Below, one piece after another: positions 51,590-61,813 of a stretch of 64,000 nt of DNA. Position 1 is the stretch's first letter. The number at the start of each line of letters is the position of its first letter. Under the pieces are notes generated by a model. That model had not been told where the DNA came from, ran no database searches, and saw nothing but the letters and a program-made list of their open reading frames with translations. Source of the DNA: Azolla caroliniana (Eukaryota; Plantae; Polypodiophyta); the NCBI GenBank assembly GCA_043228905.1, contig JBHGNT010000018.1, forward strand, positions 9,362,001 through 9,426,000. The letters run 5' to 3'. A program made the position numbers and the translations under genes.

Positions 51590-54500
51590 TACGGTACCCC
51601 TTTTGCTCATGCGAGTATCCAACGAGTATGCACTTCTCCGATTTCGGATCCAATGTCCTCCGCATCTCATCTAGTACATGCACATATGTTGTGCTACTGA
51701 ATATCCAAAGGTGTCTCAAATTCGGTTTCCGCCTGAAATACAACTCATGTGCTAACACCTTGTCTCCAATCCAGTTTTGGATGTAGACGGTCGTCCAAAC
51801 CGCCTCAGCCCAGTAGGATTGGGGCATGCTCTTCTCCTCCAGCATTACCCTTGCCGCATCGACAATCGACTAGTTCTTCCTTTCGGCCACGTCGTTTTGC
51901 TCTGGTGTGTATCTGTAGCTGAATTCTCTCCGAATTTCGTTTTGCTACAGATAACTGTTGAATTGGCCGAAAAAGTATTCTTTTCTACCATCCGACCGCA
52001 AGCACTTGATCTTCCTCTTTGTTTCCCGTTCAACTAAGCTTTGCAAGTTCCGGAAACATTCGAAGTCTTCGCTCTTCCATTCGATGAGGTAGATCCACGT
52101 GTGCCGGTTGTAGTCATCAATGAAGGAGATGAAATATCGACTCCTGCCAAGACTAATGTTCTGTGTCGGTCCCCATACATCGGAATGTATTAGATCGAGC
52201 TTGTTACGTCTCCGGTTTCGTTCGGTGGGGAATGGAAGCTGGTGTTGCTTGCCGAGTTGGCGGGCTTCACATATCTAGGTCTTTCGGCCACTAAACTTCG
52301 GCAATCCGAACACAACTTGTTTCGATTGTAGATCTTGAAGCCTCCGATAGTTGATGTGGCTGATCCGCTTGTGCCAGAGATCGATGAAGGAGACGAAATA
52401 TCAACTCCCGCCAAGACGAATGTTCTGTGTCGGTCCCCATACATCTGAATGTATTAGATCGGGCTTGTTACAGCTCTGGTTTCGTTCGGTGGGGAATTTC
52501 TGTGTCGGTCCCCATACATCGGAATGTATTAGATCGAGCTTTTTATGGCTCCGGTTTCGTTCGGTGGGGAATGGAAGTTGGTGTTACTTCCCGAGTTGGC
52601 GGGCTTCACATATCTAGGTCTTCCGGCCACTAAAATTCGGCAATCCGAACACAACTTGTTTCAATTGCAGATCTTGAAGCCTCTGGTAGTTGACATGGCG
52701 GATCCGCTTGCACTTGTGCTAGAGATCGATGTCCAATTCAATCTTCTGTCTGTCATGATATGGCAAGACTCGAACCCATGACCTTATGTTATATGGGTCG
52801 AGCTCTTGACCATTATACCATCTATTGTAATCCGTAGGATATTATTTTCATTTAAATTTTATTATAGGAAATTAATGTATATTCCAGATTTCTCTGGAAC
52901 ATTCTAGAAGCTTCAGGACTCCTCCTAAGAACACTATAAAAGGAGGAACAAGGCATTATGTTGAACCAAGTTGGTTCAATGTCAGTCTTAAGCCTCATAG
53001 CCAACTTGTACTTACTCTTCCTATAATATATCATTTCTTATCATCATCTCTCTCTCTCTCTCATCCTCGCTATCTCTCTTTGTCTCTCCTCTTCTCTTTC
53101 CTCTCTCTCAGAAGTCTTACGTAGTCCCATCCTCTTAGTACTAATAGTACTTCCCTTCTCCAGTACTAATTCTCTCTCTATTTTAGTACTATTCCTGACA
53201 TTGTCCTATGGCAAACATGGCGGTGCTAATGTCATTTGTGTTGAGGATGAACATCCTCCCATCCCTGCACCCTTACGTGATTATCCGGCCTTCTTCCTCA
53301 ATGAAGCACCCGAGGTGCATAAACCGCACCTGCATTCCCTGGTCGACGATTTGTCCAACCGATACGAGCTTCTTTGTGATAGTCGGGACTCGGACCATGT
53401 AATATGTTCTTCAGCTTCCCCTTTTGTCCGATGTGGCTTAAAGGAACTTCTTCGACATGCACAATCGGGCGAGGGGTGTCGTCTCTGGTTTCGACAATCC
53501 CCGGTTGTTCCAATTTCTCCAAAAACGAGAACCACTCTTCATGGCTTGTCATGTGGTTGGACGCTCCAGAATAACGTACCATACTTCCTCCGATTTGGAA
53601 GTAGTCTTCTTCATCAAGTTTGCCTTGTGCTTCATCACAAAGTTGGCCCTTTACCAGTCTTCCCGGTTCTGGATCCTTCTGATCCTTCCGCGTAGTGTGA
53701 GCTTTGTCGGTTCCCTTGTCCGACCTTGCCGGATCGAGATTTATCCGAATCAGCACGTTTCTTCCAACACTCGCTCTCCCTGTGGCCTTTCTTGCCACAG
53801 TACCAACATTCCGTATCGGCCTTTCCTTGCCGGTTTCCGCCACCGTTATGACTCCCCCTGCTTGTGGAGGGTCCGGAACTGTTTTCGGCACTGTCTCTTT
53901 GCCTTCGGTTCTGCTCTTACCGGCCGCCTCCATTGCGTGATGACCCACCTCTTCACCACGTCCATGGGGTCGATCTGTCTCCACGTATAGTATCTGGCCG
54001 CCCAATTGAGTGTTCCTAGACCCACTCACGTGGTTTTCTTCAATCATCAGCATTGATTGCAAGTCGAAGAAGGACGATGGCTTCTCCCGGGTGCAGATCG
54101 ATGTCCTGATTGGCCCGTACCTCTGCACTAGACCACTGAGGCACATTTGTACCATCTCGTCTTCATCCATCGTCACGTTGATGGACCCGAGTGCATCACA
54201 AATCTCCTTTATCTTTGTGGTGTAATCTGTAACCAACATGTCTCTTTGTTGGATGTTGTTCAGCTCCTGTCAGAGCTGCAACTTACGGGTTGTGGTACTC
54301 GCGGCAAAAATCTTCCGTAGATTTTCCCTAGCTTCCTTTGGCGTCTTTGCATCCTTTATGTAGCCGAGCATCTGATCGTGCACACAGGACGCGAGGCAAT
54401 ACAATACTTGGCTCACTCCTTGCTCCCATACCAGGAAGTCATTATGTGTCGGCTCTGGCGCTATCGCGTTCGTTCCTTCCACGAAGCTCCAATATCCATG

Positions 54501-55136
54501 CCCCAACAGGTACTAGTGCATTTTATATAACCAGGACGTATAGTTGCTCCGTTCAAGCTTCTCTATCGGAAGTGAACTTGCCAGTTCTCTGTCCATATCT
54601 TTCTCTGTCTGTTGTTACCCGTTATTAGGGTTTGTCTTCGAAAGCATTTGTCGGTTTGAAATGTCAACCCTCGCGCTTTGATACCATGTAAAAGTTAGCG
54701 TGCGAAAGCGTTAGACAAACCGGCTCAGCCGGATAGCAACAGAAAATGAGAAAAGGTGTAATGGAGAACTTAACACAGAGAATACATGTGGGAGAGAGAG
54801 AGAGCAGAACATAAACTCAATTCAAAATAACACTCTAAAACTCTGTACATACAATGTGCTAAACAACACTATTTATAAAAGTCCTCAAAAGGACTGACAG
54901 AAGTACTATGTACTTCAATGCTCATACTAGCGACTAACACTAACTACGAGACAATAATTACCTAGTAGTCTAGGCTACTACTAGGCTTCCGATTCACACT
55001 CGAATCCGGCTCTCCGATCTGTCTCCCCGATCCGATCGGTTGTTTCCGGATACCGATCCGGCTCATCCTTCCGGATGTTGATCCGGCTCTGGCTTATTCA
55101 GCCGATCCGGATCCGGTTGAGCTTGCTCGCTCAACA
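51590..55136 (-). mobile_element. Copia C5 5' half (INT, gag) with 5' LTR 54687-55136
   Basis: INT (YWAEAV, CILVGYS) at 51456-52100, gag at 53298-54595, PBS GCGCTTTGATACCA at 54673-54686. The LTR is homologous to the C4 LTRs. Confidence 0.85.
52751..53200 (+). mobile_element. Solo LTR of the Tcn1-like family, TSD CTGTC/TTGTC
   Basis: TGTCATG...CCTGACA, a reverse-complement homolog of 18784-19258. Confidence 0.85.
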
Positions 55137-55660
55137 AGTTTGCTTTAGCGAAGATCCATACCAGTGAAAATGGATTAGACATACTTACAAAGACTTTATC
55201 TATGGAAAAACTCATTGCTTGCCGGCTGAAGATTGGTCTGGTCGACTCCCCCCATACAGGAGTGAAGGGGGAGTTTGTTATGTATGGATGTCCCTCATGA
55301 TGGGGGAAGACGGCTGAAAAGCCATAAATCGGCCAAGAGACCGAATGAGAGCCGACTGGTCGGATTCGGCCTAGAGGTCGAAAACATATACATATATAGG
55401 AAAATAAGTTAAGGTTATGATTATTACCTTTGTGTGAGAGAAGAACCGAGGAGCGTGCAAGAGCGTAGGTGAGACAAAGACGAACAAGAGAAGAGCGAAG
55501 ACGACAGAGCGAAAGGAGAAAGAAGGCAGTGTTGTGACAACACGTGAGAGGAAGACATAGCAAAGAGAGTGGAAGAGAGAGTGTGTGTGCAATAGAAAGA
55601 GAGGGAGTGCAAAGAACAATGCAGACATCGTTTTGTGGAACTTGCCCCAAACCCTAGAAG
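55137..55660 (+). mobile_element. Copia RNase H end, PPT and 3' LTR remnant
   Basis: KIHTSENGLDILTK fragment, PPT GGAGTGAAGGGGGAG, and an LTR starting TGTTATG at ~55277. Confidence 0.65.
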
Positions 55661-56756
55661 TGGTTTCAGACAACGATATGTGGTTCATATGCTCCTAAAT
55701 AGGGTATTAACACGTTCACGTTCACAAGTGGAAGGATTGCGCATTCCACTTGTAGAATCTTCTTAAAACGAAGCAAATACACCCTCTCTACAAAAATTGG
55801 ATGCACTAGTATCACATGTTCCTCAACTTGATGAGAATTTGCAAATATAAAAATACATGATAGATCTACGAGTGGAGATCATTAGAAATCATGCAAGTTT
55901 AGACATGTTGATAAGTTAATGTAGGCATAATAAAGTTCAACTATGGCTCAATATGGCACTATTGTGCGACAAGGGAAACACTAACTTAAAGACTTATATT
56001 AATTAGGTAAGTTTTACAAAAATATGAGGTGTACTTGTATCCATACTAATAAAATGAGATATAATTTATACTTTGACCCATACGTGCATGTATGTAATTG
56101 TGGAAAATGTAGGATAGTGCACATTAGGATAAGTGATTGGAATAACTAACTTATTAAAGTATTCAATACTTGTATTTAAAGTTGATCTAATCTATTCCTC
56201 AGTTTGTTCATATGAGATCAAACCATATGTGTATATAATTGTGCACAATGTAAGGCAGTGAACTTTAGGATAATGTTGTGGAAATAACAAACCTATTAGG
56301 CTTTCATACCTGTATTTAAAATTGGTCTACTCTATTGCTTAGGTGATTCACACAAGATCAAACTCCGAACGATAACGCAACTGGAACCATTATCAACACA
56401 CTACACAATCTAAGTAGCAATGGAATAGAAACATAATAGTTTTAACAATAGAAGACAAAGATCCATAATAACAACATGGACAGTCATGGCAACAATTATA
56501 GGGCCATGTTCTGTTAAGGTTAGCTTGGACCAAAATCGGCCTCCATTTAAACTAGTTCATGTTTCTCCATAAGTTTGGTAGTCAGCTATGCACGCGGTGA
56601 AACCAATGTCATAAATCTACTAATCAAGTATATAAAAATAAAATTGAAACATATAGAAGATTATAAAGAATAGAATCCACTAGGTAAAACCCAATATTTG
56701 TATTAATAATGTGAAATCTTAACAAATCGTCAGTGTCATATTCTTCATAGAGTCTA

Positions 56757-59700
56757 TTACATAGCAATCAATTCATCAACGTCATTTTCTTCATCATCTT
56801 GTGTAGAACTGTCTTCAGCTATACGTGCATTGGTTTCCCCTGTTAGCCGAGCCAACGAAATATCTTCTATAAGCTCATCATCAAGCTCTATTAGCTCCCC
56901 CGGTTCGCCGGCTAACAGAGGAATAGGCTCTCGCGAAGCAGGTTGAAACCTTTCTGTATTGGCGAGGTTCTTTGCACCGACCTCCTCATCCTAGTCTGGG
57001 CACTCCCACAAAGCCTTAATCCGCATATTAATAAATATAACTTGGTCCTCGTCCTTCTCCAATGCAACTGTATTTCTAAACAGCTTCAATGCACATGCTG
57101 ACGTAGTTCCTGTGATGTAAGTAACAAGAAGATTTAGTTGTCAAACGAAAAAAAAGTGATTGGTTATCTCAAGATCGTTACCCTAGTTCGAGGAATACCT
57201 GTGCCAGAAAAGAGATCTAATATCCAGTCTCCTTCGACAGAAAACATCTCGATCAAGCGCATCATAAGTCGTTGAGGTTTTTGGTATGGGTTGACAAGTC
57301 CCCGTTCTGTCGTGGTGACATGTCGCAATTTCCGAGTCACTGCTGGATATACCAACAGATTTGAACCTCCCACTTCATTAGAATGCTCTTTGATTCTCTG
57401 TTTCTTAATTTCATCGAAGTAGCCAACCGTTATGTATTCAATGGCATTAACGAACCGAAAAGTTGGCCCTCTATTTACATTGGTCTTGATCCTATAAAAA
57501 ATAATACATCGAGTTAAGAATAGATTCAACAACCTTAAGAAATGCAATATAGTGAAAGACACCTATAAATAATCCTTACCATGCAAGGTTCTCGATGCCA
57601 TGGCAACGAGATCTCAAAGCTTGAGCTACCGAGTACCCTTGGTCCATACTATGAAAGACAACTATTCGCCACAAGGATGCGGTCGTTAGCTAAGCGAAAT
57701 CCTTGACCATCTTCTCCAATTGTTTAAACCTAAACGGTTCATCGTCGTATGATGACCCAGCCATTCGAAATCCGTAAGGAATATCCGCAATCATTAGCGT
57801 ATATTCCTTCTTTGGCACCTTCTGGATCAAGTCGATGACATCACCGCAAACCACATTGTAGTAAAGATCTCTTGTAATATCTTTTTTGTGGCTAAATTTT
57901 TTAAAGGAGCCATCTTCCTCCATTTCGTACGCCTTGACTAAGCGACGATCCTTTTCTTTTCTGGCTCGTTCGAGATGTGCAAGGAAGGATGTAGGGAAAT
58001 CGTGTATATCCTTAACTTCTCCTTGTTTCTTGCCTCGACACGGTTTCAAATAGAAGCAATAGGACATCAGGTATTATTATACAAGCTCTACATATGATGA
58101 AAGGGTAATGAAAAAACATGAATACTAACCCAATCCTTGAATGCAATAAAATACTCTGATAACGCCTTATACGAAGGACGTTAGAGGATAATCCTCGGTC
58201 ACTTGTTCCCAAGTTATACATCCAAGTTGTTTCATCATAACTTCTTGGATCTTCATGTACACCTTATGACTGTAAAATTAGAAATCAAGATTAGAACTTT
58301 GAATTACACTAGATAGACTACAATTTCAGTATTTGAGGGACTTACTTATTGAACTCAGTGACCATTTCTTCAAGGCTTAAATCTTTCGCCACAACCCTTG
58401 ACAAAACCGACACAAGAAGTTGCTCGTCCTTAATACCTTGCATCTCTCTCCATAGAGACAGCTTCATGTCATCTGCCGCTTCTTCAATTGTCAAGTCAAT
58501 TTTCTTGGCGGCTTGTGACTTTAACTCTAGTTGAGGGTCAACCCTACATTTCTTTTGTCGTTGACCCTTTACCTCCTTATTCTCCCACATTGAGAAGATT
58601 TGATCTTGTAGGTCCCATACTTCTCCATCTCTAAACGCCAATTGAAACCAAGACTCATACTTTCGAAGACCATCGGACCTAACATTATCATCTACCACAA
58701 TGCCGACTTCATGCAGACATTGACGTCGAAGGCCTGGATGTAACTTCACACCAAACTTTTGTTTCACATCTAAATACTTGTGGTGGAAGAACCGTATACG
58801 CTCAATGGACGACATTTTCTGCCTATAGTCATTATCATTATTATGGTCCCATGCCAACAGCTTAGCCTCTTCGGTTGTGAGCCCAACATAAATTTTGCAC
58901 TCGGCATACTTGAAGAAGAAAGTGGTTGGATGTTCTCTCACAAGTTGCCGACGTGCCTCTGCTGAATGCGATCCACCAATGACAAAATAATTATATTGAT
59001 CATGTTTTCTAATATCAAAATCTTCAATGGTTTCACATTCTTCAGGATCTACCATAACAATAAAAGGCACCACAGTGGCATGAGGATTAATTTTCATTTT
59101 TTTCTTGAGATTTTGAACATGCATGCGGTGAGGCTCTCTAATCTCAAGTGGTCTTCGACCTGTTTTTTCATCAATAGGGGGCCGATGGATGTGTATTATA
59201 GGCAAATTAAATACTTGCCCTTTCCTGACCAGCTTCCGTTGCATTAACTCTCTCCTTATTTTATTCTGCTCGGATGACAAAACACCCGAGGCCAGCTCAG
59301 CTCCTGGCGTCCCCTTATTATCCTCCTCTTCATTTTCACTTGTTGAATCCGTATCCGACATTTTCGTTGTCTTCTTCTTTGCTGGTCTTGACTGGACTTT
59401 GGAAACCTTTTTTGTTGGCTTCAATGGGGAGGGCACTTCATCTCTTAGAGTTACATGGCCTTGTATATAAGGCCTCAAGGTAACAATAAGGTTTTGTGAG
59501 CTATCAAGTGCTTTTTTGAACACTTCTGGCCCACAAGATTCTTTTACTAAAAGGTCTTCTGAAAGGAACACTTTACGTACCCCCTTGGAGCACTCTATCA
59601 TTACCAGTATGTTGGCCGAATCTGCATCTTCGTAGTCAAATCGTAGAATACGGCCATACATAAATGGGGTTTCCTTTCCAAGTTGCCCCTCACCCTTCTT

Positions 59701-60051
59701 CTTTGCTGTATACAATACGATTTTTTTCTTTGAGTCGTCATATTGCATACACCATTCCTTGTCCGTTAGATCTCGGTCAGGAAGGTCTTCACCTCCAGTA
59801 GCGGCGACAAGTTTCTTTTGGCTAACATCACTATGTGGCTGAGATTTTGTCTCTTCGTTAAAGAGAAGCTTTTTTCCTCTCTTCATGGTCTCAGGAGCTA
59901 CCTTGGTCTGGGCTTCGATTGGAGAACCTTGTATGCGAAGCTTTATTTTCTTCACCGGTCGGTCCGACAGGTTTTCAAACGACCTATTTAAGAAAGTATA
60001 TGCAAAAACATAAGCTAGGTAGTCACGTAGATTAAGGTTGTATATTAACAT
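56757..60051 (-). pseudogene. Intron-containing ParB/Srx-like domain + beta-class N6-adenine/N4-cytosine DNA methyltransferase fusion, with premature stops in this copy
   Basis: MTase: VVCGDVIDLIQKVPKKEYTLMIADIPYG (motif IV at 57774-57785), NLAWIK, QKPQRLMMRLIEMFSVEGDWILDLFSGTG|TTSACALKLFRNTVALEKD. ParB-like: REPHRMHVQNLKKKM...PFIVMV...YFVIGGSHSAEARRQL...AKLLAWDHN. GT-AG introns at 57110-57198, 57492-57579 and 58270-58345 restore the frame. TAG stops at ~57690 and ~56991. Confidence 0.85.
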
Positions 60052-60421
60052 GAAGAACAGTTCCCAGGAGCAGTCCTATATTCAAAAATCTATTATAGGC
60101 AGGGCTATTCAACCTAGAAAATATATATTGTAATAAGTAAAAAGGGTTATATATTCTTTTAAATAGTAGGTATGACTTATATAGATTCCAAACCTATATT
60201 GACGAGAATTTGCTATCGTAAAGGCAATTTGTGGATCATTTTCTACTATTTTAAGCTAAAGTAGGTCATAAAACACCTATAATTAGAGCATGTTTTTTTT
60301 TAAAAGTAAGGAAAGCCAACATAAAAAGACTGATTTTGCCAGACAATTTGATATCTTTTCCATCCCAAAATTATTTGTTACCCCAAAAATACAATTTTTC
60401 TCTCTCAAAGCCTTCTTATAT

Positions 60422-60885
60422 ACAGGAACTCGATACAGCATATCGAGTTCCTGTTTAAAACCTACACTTTAAACAGGAACTCGATACGCCGTATCGAGTT
60501 CGTGTTTAAAACCTAAACTTTAAACAGGAACTCGATACGGCATATCGAGTTCCTGTTTAAAATTCAAACTTTAAACAGGAACTCGATACGCCGTATCGAG
60601 TTCGTGTTTAAAGTGTAGGTTTTAAACACGAACTCGATATGGCGTATTGAGTTCCTATTTGAAACCTACACTTTAAACAAGAACTCGATACGCCGTATCG
60701 AGTTCCTGTTTAAAATCCAAACTTTAAACACGAACTCGATACGCCGACTTTAAACAGGAACTCGATACGGCGTATCGAGTTCCTGTATAAAAAGCAAAAT
60801 TAAATTATGAACTCGATACGCCGTATCGAGTTCATGTATAAATATTTGTATTGTATACATGAACTCGATACGGCGTATCGAGTTC
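60422..60885. repeat. Array of ~10 long palindromes, TTTAAACAGGAACTCGATAC-G(C/G)C-GTATCGAGTTCCTGTTTAAA, with a 51-bp period
   Basis: Units start at 60468, 60519, 60570, 60621, 60672 and 60723 (half copy). Further copies at 60422, 60749, 60807 and 60859. Confidence 0.95.
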
Positions 60886-61813
60886 TTGAGAAACGAAACA
60901 TATTTACAAAAATGTCCACAGTGTCAAAGGCCTACCTGGAGTCCTCGCGCTCGATTCTCTTTGAAGACATGTTTGATCATGTGGAAGTGGAGGCGGAGAT
61001 CACGCTTTCGTGCTTTGTGCTCTGTGTGCTTTGTGTGCTCTGTGTGCTCTCTACATTCTGTGTGCTCTGTACGCTCTGGAGAGTGAAATATGACGAGGTC
61101 TTCCTATTTATAGGGATTGAACACATTGGTTAAAGTAACCATAGTCACCTTAACCAAGGTTGGTAACTTTGAGGATAGTTAGTTGGTAACCATAGTCACA
61201 TTAACTAGAGAAACTTATGATTGTATTAATGATTACAAAGTCAAACTACCATATTGATCAATCTTTTATAGTCATAACAACCTACAATGACTTCAAAGGT
61301 TATGAATGAGACAATGATAGAGGTTCATGAATGTACCAATGATTGATTACTAAAACCAACAATTTTTATGACTCTCAAATGTTGTGTATTAAAGATGTGG
61401 GCATAAATTAACCAATGATTGATAAGTCTAATATTTAAAATGGTGAGCATTAAAGAACCAATGAGTGAGACGTTCTATATCAAAATGGGTGCCATTAATT
61501 AGCCAATGATTTTAACATTAATCCAACATATTCATGGCTTGTTAATGATTAGTTTTATATTTTACTTGATTTAACTTTATATAGATCTAGTTTATATAAT
61601 AATTGATATTTTAAGTACAATTACTTTATTAAAAATAATTTTTTGATGTATTGTATTAATAGAATATTACATAATATAGACATTCTATTGATTTAGCTTT
61701 TGTTTAGAGAGAAGTTTATGTTTAGAGAGGAGTATATGTTTAGAGAGGAGCTTATTAGTTTTTTTCTTTCCCCTAAGCCCATAACTTAGAGAGCCCTATC
61801 TAGACCTTAAGCC

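Larger units (their letters stand above)
49856..51590. repeat. ~1.2-kb tandem unit containing tRNA-Pro and tRNA-Val sequences (third partial copy at 37990-38415)
   Basis: 49857-50370 aligns with 51074-51590. 37990-38090 aligns with 51463-51570, and 38094-38415 aligns with 50741-51062. Confidence 0.85.

Noticed and set aside
56757-60051. Bacterial contamination or a restriction-modification system
   Set aside because: The gene has GT-AG introns, is contiguous with plant LTR elements, and has no adjacent endonuclease.
56757-60051. Canonical plant 5mC methyltransferase or METTL3/MT-A70 gene
   Set aside because: There are no PCQ/ENV motifs. The motif spacing (DIPY ... QKP ... FxGxG) matches the prokaryotic beta class.
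60422-60885. CRISPR array
   Set aside because: The linkers are only ~8 bp and repetitive rather than unique spacers, there are no cas genes, and the context is eukaryotic.
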